The notes under the pieces: model-generated
Database searches by the model: none
Seen by the model: only the letters and a program-made list of their open reading frames with translations
Told to the model about the DNA's origin: nothing
IMG/VR virus record: IMGVR_UViG_3300032053_011398
Strand: one strand, 5' to 3'
Origin: a virus
Length of the DNA stretch: 64,000 bases
Part shown: one piece after another, positions 38,407 to 46,761 of the stretch
Layout: every line of letters starts with the position of its first letter
Position numbering within the stretch: position 1 is the first letter of the stretch
Program-made: the position numbers and the translations under genes

Positions 38407-39546
38407 CTACCCCTCGGCAGGGTATGGATTCATCAAGTCGTCGGCAGTCGCCGGGTATTTGCGCTTCACGTAGCGTTCCAGTTCGGAGCGGAATTTGAAA
38501 TGCTTGCCATCGGCGAGACAGATGAACCGCTTATCATCCTGCTCCTCGGTCGCCGGAGGCGGCTCCAGGACAGGATCGGGCATCCCGCTCTCCTGGATCG
38601 GTTGAAGTATCCCAAACCGCTGTTCGAGCGTTTGATCCTGTCCCTCGGCTGGTTCGGCGGGCGGGGGTTCCTGGACGACGGCGGCAACCCGCTTGGGCAA
38701 GATGCGCTGGGGTATGGCGGGCGAGGAAGAAGCGATGGGGGCCGGGGCGTGGGACACGCCCGGAGAAACCGGGCGGCGGGACTGGATCGGCTGCGCCGAA
38801 GACAAGTCGGACAAACTCGTGGGTTGATCCGGCGCAACGAGCCTGACAGACGCGACAGCTTTGACCCTGCTGGGATCGAAGTTTTCCGGGGAAGCAACTT
38901 GAGCAGCGCGATTCAAACCCTGCTGGAGCTGAACGCGCCGAACGGCCTCAACGGGAGCGATGCGTTCGTCCACTGCGGTCAATTCCGGCGTCATTGGCGC
39001 GGCTGTCCTCAGCTTGGGCGGCGACTCGATGGAATATCTTATGTCGGGCAGTTCTTTGCTCGACTGGGGTGCGCCGGATGTGTCGGTGGTTCCGAAATCT
39101 TCTGGCACGAGGCGCGGCTTGCCGATAAAACCAAGTTCGCGTGCCCGCGCAACGGTCATTCCAAGGTGCGGCACCTTGTTGATCGCGATTTCCGGGAGCG
39201 CCCTGGTTGGGTCTTGCGCGTAAGAGGGCACCACCTGGCCGTCCGGCTGCCGAACGAAGCCGGTAGCCTGGGTGACCGAGTGAGCCGGGCGAACAGACTT
39301 GACGAAGCGCGGCACCCAGTTGATGGACACCGGCGTCGGGCTGGTGGACTTGCTCAAACCCTTCGGTTGAACGTAGTTCTCGAAAATCGGGTCGTTGATG
39401 TAGCGGCCCGCTCGATCCCGAACGTATTGGCCTGGGTTCAGCTCGCACTTGAGGTTCAGCTCCGAAATCTCAATGTAGATTCGATACTGGTTGGGATTGA
39501 AAAATCCAACCACATTGGTCGTCGCCGCTGTTGTGTCTCCGTTCAT
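38407..39546 (-). CDS. Pro-rich hypothetical protein with degenerate C2H2-like tail
   Basis: FICLADGKHFKFRSEL; CGTTCT upstream. Confidence 0.75.
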   Translation of the reverse strand: MNGDTTAATTNVVGFFNPNQYRIYIEISELNLKCELNPGQYVRDRAGRYINDPIFENYVQPKGLSKSTSPTPVSINWVPRFVKSVRPAHSVTQATGFVRQPDGQVVPSYAQDPTRALPEIAINKVPHLGMTVARARELGFIGKPRLVPEDFGTTDTSGAPQSSKELPDIRYSIESPPKLRTAAPMTPELTAVDERIAPVEAVRRVQLQQGLNRAAQVASPENFDPSRVKAVASVRLVAPDQPTSLSDLSSAQPIQSRRPVSPGVSHAPAPIASSSPAIPQRILPKRVAAVVQEPPPAEPAEGQDQTLEQRFGILQPIQESGMPDPVLEPPPATEEQDDKRFICLADGKHFKFRSELERYVKRKYPATADDLMNPYPAEG

Positions 39547-39651
39547 ACACCTTGAAGAACGGATTTATTCGGAAAGCGTCTAGGAAGAATTTTCTGTAAA
39601 CATAAAAAATTACTCCTGGCCCGTGCTAGCGGCTGCTTTAACTACCCAAAA

Positions 39652-39667
39652 TGTTCCACGTGGAACA
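39652..39667. promoter_or_regulatory. parS-like site
   Basis: Perfect palindrome TGTTCCACGTGGAACA in an intergenic region. Confidence 0.75.
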
Positions 39668-39729
39668 ATTCTGGTTCTAATTATGCGGTCAGTGCGGGAA
39701 TTGGACAAGTCTCCTGAACTGGCGACAGG

Positions 39730-39963
39730 CTATTGACGAGCGAGCAGCGGTGCCACGGCTCGCTCGGCCCATTCGGTGAGGGAGATTTGGACGCCGCTTT
39801 CGTCGTCGTCATCCCCGCCGCCAGCGGACAGTTCGGGCTGTGGTGCCGTGTTCAACGTCGCCCAATCGGGCACGCAAAACTCGCAGAAGCAGAGTCGTCC
39901 GTGCGCCTTTGGCGCTTGCGTCAGTGTGTTCGTTTCTGCGCTCACAGGGCCAATATCGCCCAT
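39730..39963 (-). CDS. small hypothetical protein
   Basis: HGRLCFCEFC putative metal-binding motif. Confidence 0.5.
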   Translation of the reverse strand: MGDIGPVSAETNTLTQAPKAHGRLCFCEFCVPDWATLNTAPQPELSAGGGDDDDESGVQISLTEWAERAVAPLLARQ

Positions 39964-40047
39964 GAGAGGGAGGAAGTAAACAAATTATTGCTAAAAAGAT
40001 CAAAAAAGTTTACGATAGCGGGCATGATTCGAGACAAGGAATAGGCT

Positions 40048-41256
40048 TTAGGCCGGTTGTCCCGGCCCAACCTGGCCCTGGATAGGGCCTTGCTCCGCCC
40101 CGCCCTGGGGGCGCATGGCCGGGTGCTGGCGCTCAGCCGGTAGCTGGCTGGGATCGGAGTGCTGCCAAATCTCCGGGCGCTCCCGGTAGAGGATGTCCAG
40201 GTAGTAATCGGGCAGGTCTTTGAGCAGGAAGTTATGCTCCGGCAGATAGCCCTCACCGGCGAGGCCCTGGATTTCCTTCCGTTGACGAAGCAGCTCGAAA
40301 ATGTATTTCCAAAGCCTGGGTGACGGCTTCTGGTTCTTGCGGCCCTTCATCTCTCCTAAAACGCGCGTATTCGTATCGAAGATAAACGTCGCGTGCGGCT
40401 TCCAGACGGTTTTGCCCGCGATGTTGAACGGCTCAGCCAACTCGTAAATCGTCTGCCCCTCCTTTTTTGCTGCCACATTGCCACAATGGCCCATCGTGGT
40501 CTGGCCGTGGAGCACGGAGCAATTCCGGTGGAGGTCGAACCAGCGCCAGCCGTTCGGGAACGTCAAAAGTGTCTGGAGCGGGCCTTCCGAGTCCTTGAAG
40601 TCAAACGGCTTGCGGTTGTAAGGAGTCGCCTCCCAGTTGGCCATGTATTTTCGCAGGAGCATGATCTGGCCACGCCGGAAGATCGAAGCGATCTCGCCGA
40701 AGGTCTGCCGCAGGAAGATCGTCTTGTGAATGATGTTGTCCGGCTCGCGCTCGCCGTAGGTATCAGCCAGCTCCAGGTAGCGGCCAATCACATCCAGGAT
40801 CGTGTCGATGACGCCGTAGCCGCTGTAGGGCGGCTCGAAGGCTTCCGGGTCTTCCGGGTCAACCTCCTGAAAGGCAGTGGTATCCACGTCGGCCAGCTTT
40901 TGGAGCTGGCGCTGAAGGCCGGATTGATTCGGGGCCGGGGGCGAACCAACTTTTTTCTGGAAATATTCCGGCTCGTGCTGGGTCATCCACAGCAGCTCGG
41001 AAACCAAGCCCTTTTTGTATTGCCGGAGCGCCCAAACGATCCGATCTTCCCGCTTGAGGATTTTCCGGGCTTCCTCCACCTTGCGAGCGACTTCCGGGGA
41101 CAATTCGGTGACCTTGGCCACTTTGCCGTTAGCCAGAGGCACAACCAGGCTGTCGATCATGGGCAAATACTTGTCCACCGCCTCGCACACGAACACGAAG
41201 GCGTGAACCCCATCTGTCGTAAGCACTTGTTCGACTATCCGAGCAGCATCGGTCAT
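40048..41256 (-). CDS. hypothetical protein with PcfJ-like C-terminal domain
   Basis: MGHCGN..PHATF..EMKGRKNQKP. Confidence 0.65.
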   Translation of the reverse strand: MTDAARIVEQVLTTDGVHAFVFVCEAVDKYLPMIDSLVVPLANGKVAKVTELSPEVARKVEEARKILKREDRIVWALRQYKKGLVSELLWMTQHEPEYFQKKVGSPPAPNQSGLQRQLQKLADVDTTAFQEVDPEDPEAFEPPYSGYGVIDTILDVIGRYLELADTYGEREPDNIIHKTIFLRQTFGEIASIFRRGQIMLLRKYMANWEATPYNRKPFDFKDSEGPLQTLLTFPNGWRWFDLHRNCSVLHGQTTMGHCGNVAAKKEGQTIYELAEPFNIAGKTVWKPHATFIFDTNTRVLGEMKGRKNQKPSPRLWKYIFELLRQRKEIQGLAGEGYLPEHNFLLKDLPDYYLDILYRERPEIWQHSDPSQLPAERQHPAMRPQGGAEQGPIQGQVGPGQPA

Positions 41257-41280
41257 AAACTCTGACCATAACTACCGCGT

Positions 41281-41313
41281 AAACAAAAACGGCCCCAGGT
41301 TTCTTTGGGGCCG
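41281..41313 (-). terminator. intrinsic terminator at the distal end of the RNA array
   Basis: CGGCCCCA..TGGGGCCG followed by TTTTTGTTT. Confidence 0.75.
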
Positions 41314-41317
41314 AGTG

Positions 41318-41917
41318 TCAATGAGTCAGGAAGTGGTTCCAGTCCGGCTTATCCGGCCTGCGCCGGATCAACAGCGTGATCGGGACTTCCTTTGGCTCCT
41401 GCGGAGGGCGGATCAGCTTCCAACCCATCTCGCGGAGGGTGCGGCTGCCCTTCTTGCTGTTCAGGTCACGCCGCATCCAAACCATATTGCGCCAAGACTT
41501 CTTGGCACCGCCACGGCTCTTGGGGATTAGGTGGTCAACCGAACCGTCCGGGCAAAACTCGCCCGTAACCTGGCACCGGCAGTTGTCGCGCTGCTTGATA
41601 CCCCGGTTGTCCAGCTTCGGACGTTTCATGGGCACGTTGGCGTAGTTGACCGCCGCGATGACCGTGGGCACCCGAACCTGGCCGCGCACAGTGCCAAGAA
41701 ACTTATCCCCCGGATGTCCAGCTTTGACCGGTCGGATCGGAAGCGCCAACCACTCCGCCAAACTGACGGCGCGAAAGCCCCTCGACTCGTCTCCCGTGTC
41801 GATACCCGTGGCTATCCCACGGAACATGTCACAGAGGGCGGTCGCCACGTCAGTCGTGTCAATGGCCTGCCAATTTCTGTTGAGCACCAGAACGGAATCT
41901 GTCAGCGCGTCGGTCAT
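41318..41917 (-). CDS. McrA-like HNH endonuclease
   Basis: VLVLNRNW, VPTVI, RDNCRCQ, VDHLIPKSRGG..W.NMV..N.KKG. Confidence 0.9.
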   Translation of the reverse strand: MTDALTDSVLVLNRNWQAIDTTDVATALCDMFRGIATGIDTGDESRGFRAVSLAEWLALPIRPVKAGHPGDKFLGTVRGQVRVPTVIAAVNYANVPMKRPKLDNRGIKQRDNCRCQVTGEFCPDGSVDHLIPKSRGGAKKSWRNMVWMRRDLNSKKGSRTLREMGWKLIRPPQEPKEVPITLLIRRRPDKPDWNHFLTH

Positions 41918-41958
41918 AAGTCTGGCACACGGTTAAAATGTGTGCTCTTTGTTGAAAT

Positions 41959-42032
41959 TGGCTGCCGAAGAAGGAGTTGCACCCTCACGAACTGGTTCAG
42001 AGCCAGCCATGCTGCTGTTACATCATTCGGCA
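41959..42032 (-). tRNA. tRNA-Gln(CTG)
   Basis: Hand-folded cloverleaf, loop CTCTGAA, CCA encoded. Confidence 0.85.
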
Positions 42033-42056
42033 AAGATAAAAGCCGGATACACGAGC

Positions 42057-42512
42057 CTACCGGCATTCCACTGACTCTGCTCGTAGAGCTGCAACGATTG
42101 CTCGTTGCACGGTGGGATCAACCGACCATTCGAGCACGATCTGAGAGAACGTGATCGGCTGATCCCGCCGCCCAAGAATTATGGCGTCCTTGGTGACGGT
42201 GGTGTTTTCCGCTGTAAACGATTTGTGACGGCCACGCAAGCTTAGCTTGCGGCAGTTGGGATACGATGTGTTAAACAAAACGTATCCATTCTTGACGCGA
42301 AAACCCTTTGAGGAAACAGCGTAAGACCGCCAGTGCTCACCTCCGCCGTTGTCAAAATGGAAGACGATGAAATCACCGGCCCGCAAAAAACGGGTGTTCC
42401 TGACCATCATTCCCATAAACACGTGCTCGTGCTTGCATGGGAAATTATCCAACGCATAGCCCAACGTCCGATCCAATTGCTGCTCCGGCGTCAAATAGGT
42501 TTTCTGTCTCAC
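42057..42512 (-). CDS. hypothetical protein
   Basis: 151-aa ORF in the array. Confidence 0.6.
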   Translation of the reverse strand: MRQKTYLTPEQQLDRTLGYALDNFPCKHEHVFMGMMVRNTRFLRAGDFIVFHFDNGGGEHWRSYAVSSKGFRVKNGYVLFNTSYPNCRKLSLRGRHKSFTAENTTVTKDAIILGRRDQPITFSQIVLEWSVDPTVQRAIVAALRAESVECR

Positions 42513-42520
42513 AATTAAAG

Positions 42521-42849
42521 AGTGCGGGCCGCTAGCACGCGACCCGCACCAGTTTTCAACGAAGCCTTTTAGCTTTGGCCGTCAGTAAACCCGGTGTCGT
42601 CAGCCTAATTCTGATGCTCTACCCCTGAGCTACAGGGCAGTGATTGGACTAACGAAATGCACTGCGAAATTGGCTGCCCCGGTGGGATTTGAACCCACGA
42701 CCTCAGTTTAATTGGACACCGCCTACTCACGACCCTTTCGTTGGTGGATGAGCCTTCGGGTAATAACCTAAGCCGTTAGCCTGAACTTTGAGCATTACCC
42801 TGAGCCTGGACAAGGCTTTCGCTTGCGCTACTCGCCCTACCCGAAATCG
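42521..42849 (-). ncRNA. structured RNA containing a circularly permuted tRNA-like domain (YrlA-like topology)
   Basis: T arm, 3' acceptor and CCA (42671-42706) precede 5' acceptor and D arm (42611-42639); closed by GGTGTC/GACACC. Confidence 0.75.
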
Positions 42850-43635
42850 TTAAATCTTGCCGTCGAACACGAAGCTCAGAACCTTGTTGCCCAGCTTCTT
42901 GTTGTGATCGACCTCTGCGTCGTTCGCACGGGAACGCGCACGCTTGAATGCCCGAACGAGCATTTCAGCCCGGTCCAGCATTTCCGCCTTGTGGGCGACG
43001 GTGATGAGGCTCGTCCATTCCTGCTCGGCCACGGTGCCGATGGGGACATCGACGTTCATCAGGTCAGCCTGTCCGGGGTGCTCCTTGGTCGGAGCAAACT
43101 TGACCACGATCTTCACGTCCTTCTTGGTGCGGGTCTTGGTCACGTCGCGGGCCTTGAAGTAGCCCTCGCCGCGCTGCGTGTCAGGCTGGAAGCCCTTGGC
43201 CGGATCGAGCGTGGGAATCGCCGCCACAAGCTGCTGAATCTCAGCGGCCCGCTTCTCCAGCTCCAGGAGGGCCGTGACGGGCACGCCCATCAGGAGCACG
43301 GTGCCAGCGTCGTCTTCGAGGATCACGTCGGCGCGGGCCTTGGTGTTCGTCTCGGCGACCTGGTAACTGGCGTCGAGCGCCTTCTGGAGCTTTTCCTTGA
43401 TCCAGTCCAGCTCTTTGTGGACGGTGGTCTGGATGTCGCAGATGACCTTGGTGCTCGCCTGCTCGGTTTCCACGCAGGGCGTGAAGACCTCTTTCTTTTC
43501 CTCGAAGTGATGGCGCTTCTTCGTGAAGGTTTCCACCAGATCGGTGCGGCATTTCGTGGCCTGGTTCTCCAGGTTCGTCTCCGCCGCAAGGAGTTCATGT
43601 AGTTTTGTCATTGTCGTCTTGCCTTTCTCCCGCAC
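42850..43635 (-). CDS. conserved hypothetical protein (MTKLHELLA...), directly upstream of the permuted RNA
   Basis: Strong codon bias, APTKEHPGQ motif; ATG at 43611 is a likelier start. Confidence 0.85.
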   Translation of the reverse strand: MREKGKTTMTKLHELLAAETNLENQATKCRTDLVETFTKKRHHFEEKKEVFTPCVETEQASTKVICDIQTTVHKELDWIKEKLQKALDASYQVAETNTKARADVILEDDAGTVLLMGVPVTALLELEKRAAEIQQLVAAIPTLDPAKGFQPDTQRGEGYFKARDVTKTRTKKDVKIVVKFAPTKEHPGQADLMNVDVPIGTVAEQEWTSLITVAHKAEMLDRAEMLVRAFKRARSRANDAEVDHNKKLGNKVLSFVFDGKI

Positions 43636-43709
43636 TAACCACAGAAGAACGTAACGGATCGGCCAGACCCATGCAATATAATTCGTAAACTATTTTACGT
43701 TCATCAAAA

Positions 43710-43784
43710 TGGCTCCCCCGGCAGGTTCCGCCCCTGCAACCGTCTGCTTCAAAGGCAGCCGCGCCACTGTTACGCCACGGGGGA
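43710..43784 (-). tRNA. tRNA-Gln(TTG)
   Basis: Cloverleaf, loop CTTTGAA. Confidence 0.8.
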
Positions 43785-43790
43785 ATAAAT

Positions 43791-43866
43791 TGGTGCCCCC
43801 GCCCGGAATCTCACCGGGAACCCTCCGGTTAAAGGCCGGATGCTCTGGACGTTGAGCTACGGAGGC
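43791..43866 (-). tRNA. tRNA-Lys(TTT)
   Basis: Cloverleaf, loop CCTTTAA (C33). Confidence 0.8.
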
Positions 43867-43870
43867 GAAA

Positions 43871-43955
43871 TGGTGCCAGCCGGGGGACTTGCACCCCCAA
43901 GGCTCACAGGCTCTCGACCTGTGGGGTCTGCTAATTCCCGCTTAACCAGGCTGGC
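43871..43955 (-). tRNA. tRNA-Leu(GAG), atypical
   Basis: Loop TCGAGAG; extended acceptor-D connector; short variable region. Confidence 0.7.
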
Positions 43956-44472
43956 GTCTTCCGCAACGATATGCAACTTGCGGAATTTCACTTTCAAAAT
44001 GGGCACCCGAAAGATTTGGCAGTAAGACCTCAAAGCGTTTGGTCTGCGGCGGCACCGGAGGTTTTTCCGGGTTGTTGGCTTCGTAGCGGTCAACAGCCTC
44101 CTTGGCGATTTGTTCCAGCTCGGCGCACGTCTTCTTCAGCTCCTCGATTTCGGCTTCCAGCTCGGATCGGCTTTTCTTCTTTTCGGCTTTGAGTTTTGCC
44201 CTGTCCGGCACCACCGCTGTCACGTCCCATAGCGCGGCGGTGAAGCCGGTGATGCTACAAATGCGCTCACCAACAACTTCGATCACACCCATTTTCTCCA
44301 GTTCGGAAGGGCGATTTCGCACGCTGTCGATCTGGTATTGGGGCATCTTTTGCGCGATTTCACCAGCCGTGAGCGGCCCGCCATTGTAGATGTGGTTGTA
44401 AACTTCTAGTTGTATGCCGCCCAGGATGCCCTGAATTTTGGCGAAAGCTTCGGCACTGGTCTTGCGTGTCAT
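43942..44472 (-). CDS. winged-HTH protein
   Basis: GPLTAGEIA..SVRNRPSELEKMGVIE. Confidence 0.75.
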   Translation of the reverse strand: MTRKTSAEAFAKIQGILGGIQLEVYNHIYNGGPLTAGEIAQKMPQYQIDSVRNRPSELEKMGVIEVVGERICSITGFTAALWDVTAVVPDRAKLKAEKKKSRSELEAEIEELKKTCAELEQIAKEAVDRYEANNPEKPPVPPQTKRFEVLLPNLSGAHFESEIPQVAYRCGRRQPG

Positions 44473-44485
44473 GCCCGATAGAACG

Positions 44486-44560
44486 TGGTTGGCCCGACCG
44501 GTAACGACCCGGTGACCTGACGATTATGAGTCGCCTGCTCTACGTCTGAGCTACGGGCCA
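44486..44560 (-). tRNA. tRNA-CAT (Met or Ile2)
   Basis: Cloverleaf, loop CTCATAA. Confidence 0.8.
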
Positions 44561-44571
44561 ATCGCTAAATA

Positions 44572-44661
44572 TGGCGGAAGGCGGAGGGCATCATCCTCAC
44601 CCCAGTTAAGGGGCCATCGGTTTAGCAAACCGTGACGGCCAAGCCAGCCGCTTCACCTTCC
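44572..44661 (-). tRNA. tRNA-Ser(GCT)
   Basis: Loop TTGCTAA, long variable arm, G73. Confidence 0.75.
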
Positions 44662-44722
44662 GAAATCCCAATTACTAATTCGGTATAAATTGGTAGCAAA
44701 TTAGTAATTGCGCCCCAAGGCG

Positions 44723-45328
44723 CTAGTTGGTGCCGCCGGTTTTGACGGTGCCTTCCTCGCCGCCAAAATCCACTGTGCCTGGCCCAGACTTGCTGATCTG
44801 AAATCCATCGAACCTGGCCTCGCCCTTCTTCATATCCGTGGTGTCCCAGTGGGGCACCAGGCGATAGCCGGACATGGCGTAGAGCACGCCGTTGAGCAGA
44901 TCGAGGGCGCTAAGCGTAAATTGGTTACCACTGCCCGTCTGGATAGCCCCAGGCAGGATCGTGCCACTTTGAGCCATCTGCTCGTTAGTTTGGACGCGGT
45001 TGTTGATGAGCAGCCACATGCCGACCGGATCACGTTGAACGGCATCATTGAGCACGGCCTCGGCCAGCTCGATGTCCGTCTCCAGGAAGCGCACCACCCC
45101 AGTCTCGGCGACCTGGAGGCGATAGACCTCACTGCCATCAACAATGCAGATGACCCGGCTGCCTAAGAGCACCTTATCGGCTTTGATGCCCAAGGCATCG
45201 GCAATTTGGTTCCGGGTTTCATCGGTGACGGGCGCGAATTTTTTGGCCTCAATGACCTCAGCGATTCTTTCTTTATCCAACATAAGCTTGTAGTTTTTCC
45301 AATGGTTCTCGATGCGCGAGCAATTCAT
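44723..45328 (-). CDS. hypothetical protein
   Basis: ORF with phage-like codon bias; start uncertain. Confidence 0.7.
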   Translation of the reverse strand: MNCSRIENHWKNYKLMLDKERIAEVIEAKKFAPVTDETRNQIADALGIKADKVLLGSRVICIVDGSEVYRLQVAETGVVRFLETDIELAEAVLNDAVQRDPVGMWLLINNRVQTNEQMAQSGTILPGAIQTGSGNQFTLSALDLLNGVLYAMSGYRLVPHWDTTDMKKGEARFDGFQISKSGPGTVDFGGEEGTVKTGGTN

Positions 45329-45343
45329 ACTGACCGCAAACTG

Positions 45344-45494
45344 ATGCGCGACAAGCGCGGGCAAGGGTTTGCGCCAAAGACCCCCTTCAGGGAGACCGCT
45401 GCTCTACCAGGCTGAGATACGTGCCCTTTCAAGGCTGGATTTGAACCAGCGACCAACGGTTCTCAGACGCATTTAACCCGCGCATGTCGCGCAC
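45344..45494 (-). ncRNA. second circularly permuted tRNA mimic (YrlA-like)
   Basis: T arm GCTGGTTCAAATCCAGC precedes D arm TCTCAGCCTGGTAGAGC; long terminal helix. Confidence 0.72.
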
Positions 45495-45594
45495 CAAAAA
45501 GGATGAGCATCGGTGCTGAGAATGAAAGACTGCCCTGCCCCGCACTGACCACAGGCTTTTGAACAGAACGACTTTGCAGCACCGGTGCCCAAGA

Positions 45595-46026
45595 TGGTGG
45601 AGCTGGCGGGGAGTTGAACCCCGCGTCTTTGACATGATCCGACGCACATCCACATGCTTCTTCCGGTCAAACCGATTGCAACAGATTAGGCAGGCCCATG
45701 ACCGGATAAACTCTGGCCTGTGCTGCATTTTGCTGAACCTTTATTAAACAGGGCTTCAGAACCCCTGTTTTACCTGCTGGTTACGCCCACACCCCGTAGC
45801 AGGTGTCAAAGGGTGGACGGTCTGGCGCATTAGGCCAGAACAGGTTCGGCATAGCCCGTGCGAGCCAGAACTTCGTCAGGGTTGGCGAAGATCGCAGCAA
45901 CCTGGGCCAGCAAACCGTCTTCATTGCTTTTGGCAGATGATTTTTGATGGAGAGATTATCGTGGCCGACCATCATCCACGGCATGTCGTAACGGCTTCAC
46001 GTATCAAATCGAAGCCCGGCAGCCCC
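45595..46026 (-). ncRNA. ssrA: tmRNA
   Basis: 5' GGGGCTG..TTCGA; 3' GACGCGGGGTTCAACTCCCCGCCAGCTCCACCA with G3-U70; internal tag ORF ending VLA. Confidence 0.93.
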
Positions 46027-46240
46027 AAATTTTCAAAGATCAAAATGGCTAAAGTGTTCCGCCGCCCATGGTGGGGCGGCGGAAGGGGAGAACCGGATTC
46101 GGTTCGCCGTCCACCAGTCGGTCATGCGGGCCGACACGCCCCTAAATTGGCGTCAGCCGGTCTGTTTTCACACGCCAGGGGGTTTTCGAGTGGCATCCTG
46201 ACTGTGCTGCCATCATTCCGGCTGACATTAAATCAAAAAT

Positions 46241-46317
46241 TGGTTGCGGGGGCTGGATTTGAACCAGCGGCCTTCAGGTTATGGGCCTGATGAGCTACCA
46301 GGCTGCTCCACCCCGCG
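46241..46317 (-). tRNA. initiator-type tRNA-fMet(CAT)
   Basis: CGCGGGGTGGAGCAGCCTGGTAGCTC start, C1-A72 mismatch. Confidence 0.9.
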
Positions 46318-46328
46318 ATCCAGTTCAA

Positions 46329-46383
46329 AGAACGGTTATTTAAACTACGCAGCCACTTTACAACGGCACCCAGGGGGAGTCAA
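46329..46383 (-). promoter_or_regulatory. stacked promoters upstream of fMet and tmRNA
   Basis: TTGACT-N17-TAAAGT followed by GTAGTTT and CGTTCT motifs. Confidence 0.6.
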
Positions 46384-46412
46384 CAACTTTGTAAACTTTT
46401 CTGCGTAAAAAT

Positions 46413-46496
46413 TGGTCGGCAGGAGGAGACTTGCACTCCCAAGGCTCAGCGTGTTTGAGGCGCTGGGGTCTGCTATTCCCTCTAAACCACCTGCCG
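46413..46496 (-). tRNA. tRNA-Leu(CAA), atypical
   Basis: Loop CTCAAAC; same extended connector as Leu(GAG). Confidence 0.7.
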
Positions 46497-46512
46497 AAAT
46501 AGCGCACGCCCC

Positions 46513-46588
46513 GTCGCGGTCAGCGGGACTCGCACCCGCAACTTCTGGTTTCTGAAACCAGCGACTCTGCTGATTGGCCTATCCCGGC
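46513..46588 (-). pseudogene. tRNA-Leu(CAG) with broken acceptor stem
   Basis: D, anticodon and T arms present; 3' strand does not pair with GCCGGGA; no CCA. Confidence 0.6.
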
Positions 46589-46592
46589 AAAT

Positions 46593-46670
46593 TGGTAGCG
46601 GCGACAGGATTTGCACCTGCACTGTCTTCGCTCTAAACGAAGTGCCTCCTGCTGGTTGGGCTACGCCGCC
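46593..46670 (-). tRNA. tRNA-Leu(TAG), short variable loop
   Basis: Loop TTTAGAG, A73. Confidence 0.78.
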
Positions 46671-46677
46671 GTCTAAA

Positions 46678-46761
46678 TGGTGCCAAGCCAGGGACTTGCA
46701 CCCTGAAGGCTCCGACGTTTTAAGGATCGGGGGTCTGCTATTCCCGCTTAACCAGCCTGGC
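46678..46761 (-). tRNA. tRNA-Leu(TAA), atypical
   Basis: Loop CTTAAAA; extended connector. Confidence 0.7.

Noticed and set aside
46148-46226. SRP RNA (GCAGCA and GTCAGG words)
   Set aside because: Motifs are in the wrong order and there is no GNRA-capped helix 8
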